A stretch of DNA of 64,000 nt from an uncultured Clostridia bacterium (GTDB lineage Bacteria; Bacillota; Clostridia; TANB77; CAG-508). Location of the stretch: NCBI GenBank assembly GCA_963556905.1, contig CAUWAY010000005.1, forward strand, positions 279 to 64,278. Direction: 5' to 3'. Numbering within the stretch: the stretch's first letter is position 1; every line of letters begins with the position of its first letter. Positions 32,052 through 41,356 of this stretch are shown in pieces. The notes below the pieces were generated by a model that was not told where the DNA came from, ran no database searches, and saw nothing but the letters and a program-made list of their open reading frames with translations. The position numbers were made by a program, and so were the translations under genes.

Positions 32052-35000
32052 ATGAACACAATATTAGGAGAACTAGGAAAAAATTCCAAATTTTGTGAAT
32101 ACATAAAAAGCATAGAAAGCCAAAAAAGCCCGATAGCTATATCGGGCTTAACAGACGTTGGAATGGCACAAATAATTTCTGCAACAAAAGAATTTTTAAA
32201 AAGACCGATATGTATAATAACATACAATGAAATACAAGCAAGAAAAATAGTAGAAGACTTAAAATACTTTTCAGATAAAGTAATATATGTGCCTAAAAAA
32301 GAAATCATAACATATGATTATATAGCAGAAAGCAAAGATTTACCATATGAAAGAATAGAAGCATTAAATAAAATACAAGAAATGAAAAGTGGTATTATTG
32401 TAACAACAATAGAAGCTATATCACAAAAAATGATTAGCAAAAAAGTATTATATAAAGATATTTTAAAATTTAAAATAAGAGATGAATACAAACTAGAAGA
32501 TTTGAAACAAAAACTGGTCAATTTAGGATATGTAAGGTATGATTTAATTGACGGGAGAGGTCAATTTAGCATAAGAGGAGGAATTGTAGACATTTCAGTA
32601 ACAGAAAAATATGGAATAAGAATTGAATTTTGGGGAGATGAAATAGATTCAATAAGATATTTTAATATTATTAGTCAAAGATCAACAGAAAATTTAGAAA
32701 AAGTTTCAATTTATCCTGCACATGAATATATATTAGAAGACAATATAGAAGAAGTAATAAAAAGAATTAAAAACACTATATATGATGAAAAAATTCAAAA
32801 TCAAGTTAATCAAGACATAGAAACAATACAGTCAGGAAATTATATAAGTAAAATTGATAGATATTTGAATGCATTTTATAAAGAACAAGAAACGATATTA
32901 GATTATATAACAGAAAAATATTTAGTTGTATTAGATGAACAAAATAAAATAAATCAAAGATTAAATAATGTAGACAAAGATAGCCAAAATATAATACAAT
33001 TATTGTTAGAAAAAGAAAAAATAGTTCCAGATGTGTTAAAAAACATATTAAATATTGAACAATTCGAAGAAAAATTAAAAAATAGACAGATAATATATAT
33101 CCAAAAATTTGATGACGAAGTAAAAATACAGGCCGAAAAATATAAATGGACATATAAAGAAAAAAACTTTTATAAAAGTGAAATAGAGATTTTATTTAAA
33201 GAATTAATAAAAGCCCAAGAAGAAAAAAAGAAAATTTATATATTAGCAGAGACAAAAGAAAAAGCAAAAAAAATATGTACATTATTAAATGAGCATGAAA
33301 TTATAAACAAATATGAAGAAACACTAAATCAAACTATAATTGTTAAAAATACAGAAAGCTTAGTAACAGTAACTATAGGGAAACTATCTGCTGGATTTGA
33401 GTGTTTTGATACAAATCAACTTGTAATTACATCACAAGAATTAATAGAAGGAGAAAAAAGAAAAACATATAAAAATTCAGCATTTAAAGAAGGAGAAAAA
33501 GTAGTATTTGCCGATTTAAAAGTAGGAGACTATGTTGTACACAAAAATTATGGAATAGGAATATTTATAGGTGTAAATACTATAAGTGCAGATGGAACTA
33601 CAAAAGATTATATAAAAATAAAATATTATGGAGATGATATTTTATATGTCCCAACAAACCAATTAGACAGTATAAGAAAATATATAGGTGGAGATGAAGG
33701 CGGACTTAAAATAAACAAATTAGGAAATAAAGAGTGGCTAAATACAAAAGCCAAAGTAAAGAAAAATTTAAGAGAAGTAGCACGAGAATTAATAGAATTA
33801 TATGCTAAAAGAGAAAAAACTAAAGGATATGCATTCTCGTCAGATACTGTATGGCAAACTCAATTTGAAGACAGTTTTCCATATCAAGAGACAGATGATC
33901 AACTTCGTTGTATTGATGAAGTAAAAAAAGATATGGAATTAGAAAAGCCAATGGACAGACTACTTTGTGGAGATGTTGGATATGGAAAAACAGAAGTTGC
34001 AATAAGAGCAGCATTTAAAGCAGTAATGGATGGAAAACAAGTTGCATATTTAGCTCCAACAACAGTACTCGCAGAACAGCAATACAAAGAATTTAAAGAC
34101 AGAATGTCTCCATTTGGAGTTAGAGTAGAAGTATTAAATAGATTTAAAACAAAAAAACAACAAAATGAAACTGCTCAAAAATTAAAAATCGGAGAAGTAG
34201 ATGTTGTTGTAGGAACACATAGAATATTAAGTAAAGACATTGAATTTAAAGACTTAGGTCTGTTGATAATAGATGAGGAACACCGTTTTGGCGTAAAGGC
34301 AAAAGAAAAAATTAAGCAATATAAAACAAATGTAGATGTTTTAACAATGACAGCAACTCCAATTCCAAGAACTTTACATATGTCAATAGTTGGAGTAAGA
34401 GATATGTCAGTAATATATGAACCACCATATAACAGGAAACCAGTTCAAACATATGTCTTAGAATATGATAAAGAGGTAATCAGAGAAGCAATAACAAAAG
34501 AATTAGAAAGAAAAGGTCAAGTCTTTTATTTATTCAACAATGTTGAACAAATAATGCAAAAAACAAATGAAATATCAGAACTTATCCCAGAGGCAAGAAT
34601 ATCATATGCACATGGTAAAATGACGGGAAATGAAATAGAAGAAATAATGGAAGAATTTGTACAAGGTAAAACAGATATATTAGTATGTACAACTATTTTA
34701 GAATCTGGAATAGACATACCAAATGCAAATACAATTATTGTAGAAAATGCTGACAGAATTGGACTTGCACAACTATATCAAATAAGAGGAAGAGTTGGCA
34801 GATCAGATAGGCAAGGTTATGCATATATTACATATAAAAAAGATAAACTACTATCAGAAGTGGCAGACAAAAGATTAAAAGCAATAAAAGAATTTACAGA
34901 ATTTGGTTCAGGCTTTAAAATTGCAATGAGAGATTTAGAAATAAGAGGAGCAGGAAGTTTATTAGGAGAAATACAACATGGGCATTTAGAACAAGTCGGA

Positions 35001-35495
35001 TATGATACATATTGCAATTTACTAGATGAAGTAGTAAGAGAAATGCAAGGAGAAACAGTAAAAACAGAATTAGATGTTCAAATAGACTTAAATGCTACAT
35101 GCTATATTCCTGACGAATATATATCAGATTCTAGCCAAAAAATTGAGATGTATCAAAATATTGCATTATGTAAAAATGAAGAAGATATTCAAAATGTAGT
35201 TGATGAAATGATAGATAGATTTGGAAATATGCCAAAAGAAATTGAAAACTTAATTGAAATTGCGAGAATTAAAATATTATGTAAAAAACATAATATAAGC
35301 AAAATTCAAAGTAAAAGAAATTTTGTATTATTCATTTTTGAATCTGGTGAAATTGATATTGATGTTAACGAACTTGTTAAAAAATATAAGAACAGAATAA
35401 AATTTACACAAGGGATAAAACCTCAAATTACTTTAGCGCTTGATAATATATCTGAAATAAAAATGCTAAGAGAAGTTAAGGAGTTTTTAAAATAA
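32052..35495 (+). CDS. mfd: Transcription-repair coupling factor Mfd
   Basis: 1147 aa; CGDVGYGKTEVA (Walker A), DEEHRFGV (DEEH), and a CarD-like VGDYVVHKNYGIG segment. Confidence 0.96.
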   Translation: MNTILGELGKNSKFCEYIKSIESQKSPIAISGLTDVGMAQIISATKEFLKRPICIITYNEIQARKIVEDLKYFSDKVIYVPKKEIITYDYIAESKDLPYERIEALNKIQEMKSGIIVTTIEAISQKMISKKVLYKDILKFKIRDEYKLEDLKQKLVNLGYVRYDLIDGRGQFSIRGGIVDISVTEKYGIRIEFWGDEIDSIRYFNIISQRSTENLEKVSIYPAHEYILEDNIEEVIKRIKNTIYDEKIQNQVNQDIETIQSGNYISKIDRYLNAFYKEQETILDYITEKYLVVLDEQNKINQRLNNVDKDSQNIIQLLLEKEKIVPDVLKNILNIEQFEEKLKNRQIIYIQKFDDEVKIQAEKYKWTYKEKNFYKSEIEILFKELIKAQEEKKKIYILAETKEKAKKICTLLNEHEIINKYEETLNQTIIVKNTESLVTVTIGKLSAGFECFDTNQLVITSQELIEGEKRKTYKNSAFKEGEKVVFADLKVGDYVVHKNYGIGIFIGVNTISADGTTKDYIKIKYYGDDILYVPTNQLDSIRKYIGGDEGGLKINKLGNKEWLNTKAKVKKNLREVARELIELYAKREKTKGYAFSSDTVWQTQFEDSFPYQETDDQLRCIDEVKKDMELEKPMDRLLCGDVGYGKTEVAIRAAFKAVMDGKQVAYLAPTTVLAEQQYKEFKDRMSPFGVRVEVLNRFKTKKQQNETAQKLKIGEVDVVVGTHRILSKDIEFKDLGLLIIDEEHRFGVKAKEKIKQYKTNVDVLTMTATPIPRTLHMSIVGVRDMSVIYEPPYNRKPVQTYVLEYDKEVIREAITKELERKGQVFYLFNNVEQIMQKTNEISELIPEARISYAHGKMTGNEIEEIMEEFVQGKTDILVCTTILESGIDIPNANTIIVENADRIGLAQLYQIRGRVGRSDRQGYAYITYKKDKLLSEVADKRLKAIKEFTEFGSGFKIAMRDLEIRGAGSLLGEIQHGHLEQVGYDTYCNLLDEVVREMQGETVKTELDVQIDLNATCYIPDEYISDSSQKIEMYQNIALCKNEEDIQNVVDEMIDRFGNMPKEIENLIEIARIKILCKKHNISKIQSKRNFVLFIFESGEIDIDVNELVKKYKNRIKFTQGIKPQITLALDNISEIKMLREVKEFLK

Positions 35496-35519
35496 AATTA
35501 AAGTTTACAAGGAGGAAAT

Positions 35520-36311
35520 ATGCAAGTAATTTCAAGTAAAGATAATGAATTAGTCAAACATATAAAAAAATTAAAAGATAAAAAATATAGAGATGAAAAT
35601 AATGAATATATTATTGAGGGTGTAAAACTTGTAGAAGAAGCGGTAAAAGAAAAAGCAAAAATAAAAGAAATAATAATATGTGAAGATACTACTAGAACAT
35701 ATGAAATACCAACAAATGTAATGTTAGAAATAGCAAAATATGAATGTATATATGTAACTGACAAAATCTTTAATTCAATTACACAAGTAACTAATCCACA
35801 AGGAATAATGGCAATAGTCGAAAAAAAATCAGAAGAAATGAATATAGATTTCTCACAAGACATAATAATAGTATTAGATGATGTACAAGACCCAGGAAAT
35901 CTTGGAACAATTTTAAGAACAGTTGATAGTATAGGACTAAACCAAATAATAGTTTCAAAAGGAACAGCTGATGCATTTAATTCAAAAGTTGTTCGTTCAA
36001 CAATGGGAGCAATTTTTAGAATTAAAGTAATAGAGGTAGAAAATTTAGTAGAAACAATAAAACAAATTAAAAAACATCATTTTAAACTATTAGTCACATC
36101 ATTACAAACTAATAACAGTATTTATGACATTAATTTCAATAAAAAAATTATTGTTATAGGAAATGAAGCAAATGGAGTGTCAGAAGATATTCAAAATATG
36201 GCAGATGAAAAAGCCAAAATTCCTATGATTGGAAAAACAGAAAGCTTAAATGCTTCTGTTGCAGCAGGAATAGTAATGTATGAATATGTAAGGCAAAAAT
36301 TAAGAAAATAA
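35520..36311 (+). CDS. TrmH/SpoU-family RNA 2'-O-methyltransferase (YsgA/RlmB-like)
   Basis: LDDVQDPGNLGTILRT, VIGNEANGVS and ESLNASVAAGIVMYE are the SpoU motifs. Confidence 0.88.
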   Translation: MQVISSKDNELVKHIKKLKDKKYRDENNEYIIEGVKLVEEAVKEKAKIKEIIICEDTTRTYEIPTNVMLEIAKYECIYVTDKIFNSITQVTNPQGIMAIVEKKSEEMNIDFSQDIIIVLDDVQDPGNLGTILRTVDSIGLNQIIVSKGTADAFNSKVVRSTMGAIFRIKVIEVENLVETIKQIKKHHFKLLVTSLQTNNSIYDINFNKKIIVIGNEANGVSEDIQNMADEKAKIPMIGKTESLNASVAAGIVMYEYVRQKLRK

Positions 36312-36320
36312 AATGAAAAA

Positions 36321-36352
36321 GGGCACATCGAAAATTATGATGTGCACCTTTT
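36321..36352 (+). terminator. Intrinsic terminator after the TrmH-family gene (end of the HD-topB-mfd operon)
   Basis: gggcacatc / gatgtgcacc stem followed by tttt. Confidence 0.75.
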
Positions 36353-36621
36353 AAGTTATTAGCAATTAGAAGAAAAAAATAAATTACTAATAACAACGAA
36401 ATAAGTAAGAAATCCGGACATCTTAGAAAATACCAATAGTATTTTTCTGTTATTAAAAATATTGTAACACAAAAAAATACAAAAAATTGTAAAAAAATGT
36501 CAACAAAAAATATAAAAATTGCGAAAATAAGACAAAAAAGGCTTGCATTTTTATAAATAAAGTATTATAGTAGAAAACATGCTGAAATAATATATGAGTA
36601 CAAAAGAAAAAGGGGGGTGAG

Positions 36622-36975
36622 ATGTTGAAAAACTTTTTTGGAAGCATCTTTATAAATCGTGATGAGCTTGAAGTAGCTGGAATAAACTATCCAATAAAAG
36701 TCGAATATTATAAAATAACAAATGAAGAAGAAAAAATAAAACAAAATAAATTAATATATGGAATACAAATAATAAAGACAGAATATAAAGACAAGATAGG
36801 AGTAGAACAAAGCAAAGTTGAGCATATAACAAATAGCGAAAAAGAAATAGAGCAAATTTTAGGTTTGATGAAAAACAATCAAGTAACTCCTATAAGTCTT
36901 GAAGATGTAATAATAGAAATAAAATGCAAGGAAGAACTTGCAAATGAAAGAAAAATAAGTTACAATTCAATATGA
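36622..36975 (+). CDS. Hypothetical small protein (117 aa)
   Basis: Strong SD (GGGGGGTGA), preceded by a 310-nt intergenic region with a promoter-like element. No motif recognised. Confidence 0.6.
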   Translation: MLKNFFGSIFINRDELEVAGINYPIKVEYYKITNEEEKIKQNKLIYGIQIIKTEYKDKIGVEQSKVEHITNSEKEIEQILGLMKNNQVTPISLEDVIIEIKCKEELANERKISYNSI

Positions 36976-37001
36976 AAGAAAAAATATAAAGAGGTGTGAA
37001 C

Positions 37002-38984
37002 ATGGCAGATAAATTAATAATTGTAGAATCACCAGCAAAAGCAAATACAATAAAAAAATTCCTAGGGGGAAATGTAAAAGTAGTAGCATCAATGGGACAT
37101 ATAAGAGATTTACCAAAATCAAAAATAGGAATAGATGTAAAAAATAATTTTGAACCAGAATATATAAATATTAGAGGAAAAGGAGACTTAATAAAAAGTC
37201 TAAAAAAAGATGCTAAGACAGCTAAAAAAGTATATTTAGCAACTGACCCTGACCGTGAAGGAGAAGCAATTGCATGGCACTTAGCCAAAGTATTAGATGT
37301 AGACAATAATAAAATAACAAGAGTAACATTTAATGAAATAACAAAAACAGCAGTACAAAAAGCAATAAAAGAACCTAGAGATATAGACATTAATTTAGTA
37401 GATGCCCAACAAGCAAGAAGAGTATTAGATAGAATAGTAGGATATAAAATAAGCCCAGTACTTTGGAAAAAAGTAAGAAGAGGTTTATCTGCTGGAAGAG
37501 TTCAATCTGTAGCAGTAAGGCTAATAGTAGAAAGAGAAGAAGAAATAGAAAAATTTATTCCAGAAGAATATTGGAATATATATGTTAAACTATTAGATGA
37601 AAACTCTAAGAAAACATTTGAATCAAAATTTTATGGAAAAGAAAATAAAAAATTAGAGATTCATAGTAAAGAACAAGTAGATGAAATACTTTCAAACATA
37701 AAAGAAGCAAAATACATAGTAAAAGAAATAAAAAAAGGTGAAAAGAAAAAAACACCTGCACCACCATTTACAACAAGTACAATGCAACAAGAAGCATCAA
37801 GAAAACTAGGATTTACATTAAAGAAAACTATGTCTATTGCACAAGGTCTATATGAAGGTGTAAAAATTCAAGATAAAGGAACAGTCGGATTAATAACATA
37901 TATGAGAACAGATTCTACTAGAATTTCAGAAGAAGCAAGAATTGCTGCAAAACAACATATAGTAAGCACATATGGAGAAAAATATTATGAAAATAGATAT
38001 TATAGAACAAACAAAGAAGCACAAGATGCTCATGAAGGTATAAGACCTACATATGCTGAGCTAGAACCAGATCAAATAAAAAATGATTTAACAAAAGACC
38101 AATATAAATTATATAAATTGATATATAACAGATTTATGGCAAGCCAAATGTCAAATGCTATATATAATACAATGTCAGTTACAATAGATGCCAATAAATA
38201 TACATTTAAAGCAAATGGTCAAAACTTAAAATTTAAAGGATTTATGACATTATATGTAGAAGGAACTGATGAAAAAGAAGAAGAAAAAGAAGAAAATATT
38301 CCAGAGTTAGTGTTAGAGCAAGAAGTAAAAAAACAAAGTATAGAGCCAAAACAAAGTTTTACAGAACCACCGGCAAGATATACAGAAGCAAGTCTTGTAA
38401 AAGCACTAGAAGAAAAAGGAATAGGAAGACCAAGTACATATTCTCCAACAATTACTACTATATTAGAAAGAAGATATATAGAAAAAGAGCAAAAACAATT
38501 AGTACCGACAGAATTAGGCAAAATCGTAAACAAATTATTAATAGAAAATTTTAAAGATATAGTAAATGTAGAATTTACTGCAAGCATAGAAAATCAATTT
38601 GACAATATAGCAGAGGGAAAAGAAAACTGGAGAAAAATGATAAAAGAATTTTATACTCCATTTGAAGAAAATGTTGAAAAAGTCGAAAAGGAATTAGAAC
38701 ATGTAGAAATGACTGAAGAAATCTCTGATATACCATGTGACAAATGTGGAAAAATGATGGTATATAAATATGGAAAATTTGGAAAATTTTTAGCATGTCC
38801 AGGATATCCAGAATGTAAGAACACTAAAGCCATTGTTGAAACAATAGATATTCCATGCCCAAAATGTGGAGGATTAGTACAAATAAGGAAAGCCAAAAAC
38901 AAAAGAAAATATTATATATGTGAAAATAATCCAAAAACATGTGATTATATTTCATGGAACAAGCCAAAAAAGAATAACTTATAA
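37002..38984 (+). CDS. topA: DNA topoisomerase I
   Basis: MADKLIIVESPAKA, DPDREGEAI, ITYMRTDS (catalytic Tyr) and two C-terminal Cys4 zinc ribbons. ATG 37002 lies 7 nt after GAGG. Confidence 0.96.
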   Translation: MADKLIIVESPAKANTIKKFLGGNVKVVASMGHIRDLPKSKIGIDVKNNFEPEYINIRGKGDLIKSLKKDAKTAKKVYLATDPDREGEAIAWHLAKVLDVDNNKITRVTFNEITKTAVQKAIKEPRDIDINLVDAQQARRVLDRIVGYKISPVLWKKVRRGLSAGRVQSVAVRLIVEREEEIEKFIPEEYWNIYVKLLDENSKKTFESKFYGKENKKLEIHSKEQVDEILSNIKEAKYIVKEIKKGEKKKTPAPPFTTSTMQQEASRKLGFTLKKTMSIAQGLYEGVKIQDKGTVGLITYMRTDSTRISEEARIAAKQHIVSTYGEKYYENRYYRTNKEAQDAHEGIRPTYAELEPDQIKNDLTKDQYKLYKLIYNRFMASQMSNAIYNTMSVTIDANKYTFKANGQNLKFKGFMTLYVEGTDEKEEEKEENIPELVLEQEVKKQSIEPKQSFTEPPARYTEASLVKALEEKGIGRPSTYSPTITTILERRYIEKEQKQLVPTELGKIVNKLLIENFKDIVNVEFTASIENQFDNIAEGKENWRKMIKEFYTPFEENVEKVEKELEHVEMTEEISDIPCDKCGKMMVYKYGKFGKFLACPGYPECKNTKAIVETIDIPCPKCGGLVQIRKAKNKRKYYICENNPKTCDYISWNKPKKNNL

Positions 38985-39012
38985 AAGAATGAGAATAAAT
39001 TTTACAAAACAC

Positions 39013-39041
39013 TTGATTTTTATACAATAAATTAATATAAT
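39013..39041 (+). promoter_or_regulatory. Sigma-A-type promoter of the REC-HD-GYP gene
   Basis: TTGATT-N17-TATAAT. Confidence 0.6.
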
Positions 39042-39074
39042 GTGTATGAAGAAAGGTCAAGGTGAGACTTTTAT

Positions 39075-40142
39075 ATGAGAAAAGCATTTCAAAATCAGAT
39101 TAATTCAGAAAACAAAAAAAAATATAGAATTATAGCTGTAGATGATGAAGAGGGAATAATAGACTCATTATCTGTTTTCTTAAAAAGGACAGACTATGAG
39201 TTTATAGGTGAAACTGACCCTGTTAGAGCAATTGAAAAGGTAAAACAAGAGCACTTTGACTTAATGCTATTAGATTTTATGATGGTTCCATTACATGGAG
39301 ATGAAGTTGTAGAAGAAATAAGAAAATTCAATAAAGAACTATATATATTATTATTAACAGGTCATAAAGATTTAGCACCACCATTAGAAACAATAAAAAG
39401 ATTAGATATACAGGGATACTGTGAAAAAAGCGATAAATTTGACCAATTATTACTATTAATTGAATCAGGAATAAAATCAATAAAGCAAATGCAAGAAATC
39501 AAACGAATAAACGAACAACTTGCAGAATCAAATGAAAAGCTAGAACAAGCATATTTAGATATGATACAAACACTAAGATATACAGTAGAAGCCAAAGACC
39601 CGTATACAAGAGGACATTCTGATAGAGTATCAGAATATGCTGTGTTAATAGGTGAAAAGATAGATCTATCAGGAGAACAAATAAAAACATTACAAGTAGG
39701 TGGACTATTTCATGACATAGGTAAAATAGGGATACCAGACAGTATATTGTTAAAAAAAGAAAAACTTACAAATGATGAATATTCAGAAATAAAAAATCAT
39801 CCATCAATAGGTGCGCACATACTAGGTTCAGCCACAATATTTAAAGATATTATACCAATTGTAAAACATCATCATGAAAGATTTGATGGAAAAGGATATC
39901 CAAATGGATTAAGTGGAGAACAAATACCTATTTTAGCGAGAATTACTGCAATTGCAGATACATTTGATGCAATGACAAGCAAAAGAAGTTATAGAAATGC
40001 ATTAGACTTAGAAATAGTTAAAGAAGAAATAGCAAGATGTAGTGGAACACAATTTGACCCCAAATTTGCAAAAATTTTTATAGATATTTTAGAGAATGAC
40101 TTTAATAAAATAATTGAAATACAAGAAAAATATGCGAAATAA
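39075..40142 (+). CDS. Response regulator with HD-GYP domain (RpfG-type cyclic-di-GMP phosphodiesterase)
   Basis: REC domain (AVDDEE..., MLLDFMM acceptor Asp) followed by HSDRV, HDIGKIGIP and HHERFDGKGYP (HD-GYP). Confidence 0.88.
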   Translation: MRKAFQNQINSENKKKYRIIAVDDEEGIIDSLSVFLKRTDYEFIGETDPVRAIEKVKQEHFDLMLLDFMMVPLHGDEVVEEIRKFNKELYILLLTGHKDLAPPLETIKRLDIQGYCEKSDKFDQLLLLIESGIKSIKQMQEIKRINEQLAESNEKLEQAYLDMIQTLRYTVEAKDPYTRGHSDRVSEYAVLIGEKIDLSGEQIKTLQVGGLFHDIGKIGIPDSILLKKEKLTNDEYSEIKNHPSIGAHILGSATIFKDIIPIVKHHHERFDGKGYPNGLSGEQIPILARITAIADTFDAMTSKRSYRNALDLEIVKEEIARCSGTQFDPKFAKIFIDILENDFNKIIEIQEKYAK

Positions 40143-40156
40143 AAAATTAAAATTTT

Positions 40157-40203
40157 CTAATAAATAATGGTGAACTTATTTTAAGTTCACCATTATTTAT
40201 TAG
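40157..40203. repeat. 22-bp perfect inverted repeat (hairpin with 3-nt loop) between the HD-GYP gene and the recombinase gene
   Basis: ctaataaataatggtgaactta-ttt-taagttcaccattatttattag. Every position of the two arms is complementary, and there is no adjacent T-run on either strand. Confidence 0.9.
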
Positions 40204-40350
40204 GATTCAAAAAAGCAATTAATGAACTTTTGCAAAAAATAATACAAATTAATAATAGGATGTTTTTTGAAATATACGCAAAAAGAGTATTTACTATGAT
40301 GCAAACATATCACAAAAAAGTTATAATAGTACTCGAAAGAGGTGGTATAT

Positions 40351-41286
40351 TTGAACATTATAGATAAAATAAGAAATGTACATCTATATGGAATAAAATT
40401 TAAAAAACTTACACAAGACTGGCTTTTATACAAAAAGCACATGGTAAAAGAATCAACATATTTGAATTATAATTATATGATAAATTTATATTTGAACAAA
40501 AGATTTGGTAACAAAAGATTAAACTATTTCTTAGAATACAATATAAATGAATTTGTTGATAAATTGGAAAATGATAATTTATCAAATAAAACAATAAGAG
40601 ACATAATTTTATTATTGAAATCAATATTAAAATATGCTGAAAGAAAATATAATGTTAATTTTAAATTAGAATTAATTTCAATTCCTATTTCAAAAAAAAG
40701 AGAAACAAAAATATTTTCAGAAAAGGAAATTAAAAAAATTGAAGATGCATGTGAAAAATCAAATGATGTAAGGTGTATTGGAATATTAATTGCAATATAT
40801 ACAGGAATGAGAATTGGGGAAATATGTGCATTAAAATGGTCTAATATAGATTTCAATAAAAAACTTATTAATGTTGAAGAAACTTTGCAAAGAGTCTATT
40901 TAGAAAAAAGTAAAACAAAAATAATAATAACTCCTCCAAAAACAAAAACATCAGAAAGAAAAATTCCAATTCCAACAGCCCTATATGATAAACTAAAAGA
41001 AAGAAGTGAATTATATTCAAAAAAAACATATGTAATAACAGGCGAAGAAAAATACATAGAACCCAGAACATTTCAACATACTTATAAAAAAGTATTAGAA
41101 ACAAGTAAAGTAAAATATAGAAATTTTCACTGTTTAAGACATACTTTTGCAACAAGATGTATTAAAGTTGGTATGGATATAAAATCTTTAAGTGAAGTTT
41201 TAGGACACTCAAATGTTAATATTACATTAAATAGATATGTACATTCTTCTTATGAAACTAAAAAGAGATTTTTGGAAAGATTATAA
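40351..41286 (+). CDS. Tyrosine site-specific recombinase (phage-integrase family)
   Basis: N-terminal SAM-like core-binding domain. Catalytic residues: TGMRIGE (Arg), HCLRHTFAT (His-x-x-Arg), LGHSNVNITLNRYVH (His...Tyr). TTG 40351 lies 7 nt after GAGGTG (alternative GTG 40342). Confidence 0.88.
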   Translation: MNIIDKIRNVHLYGIKFKKLTQDWLLYKKHMVKESTYLNYNYMINLYLNKRFGNKRLNYFLEYNINEFVDKLENDNLSNKTIRDIILLLKSILKYAERKYNVNFKLELISIPISKKRETKIFSEKEIKKIEDACEKSNDVRCIGILIAIYTGMRIGEICALKWSNIDFNKKLINVEETLQRVYLEKSKTKIIITPPKTKTSERKIPIPTALYDKLKERSELYSKKTYVITGEEKYIEPRTFQHTYKKVLETSKVKYRNFHCLRHTFATRCIKVGMDIKSLSEVLGHSNVNITLNRYVHSSYETKKRFLERL

Positions 41287-41295
41287 AAATAAAAA

Positions 41296-41342
41296 TTCAT
41301 AACTTAGTCGTATTAACTAAAATTATACGACCAAGTTATGAA
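41296..41342 (-). terminator. Long hairpin between convergent recombinase and tex genes; functions as a terminator at least for tex
   Basis: ttcataacttagtcgtat / atacgaccaagttatgaa, 18 bp with one mismatch. The T-run is present only on the minus-strand side. Confidence 0.7.
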
Positions 41343-41356
41343 CTATACAGTAAAAA

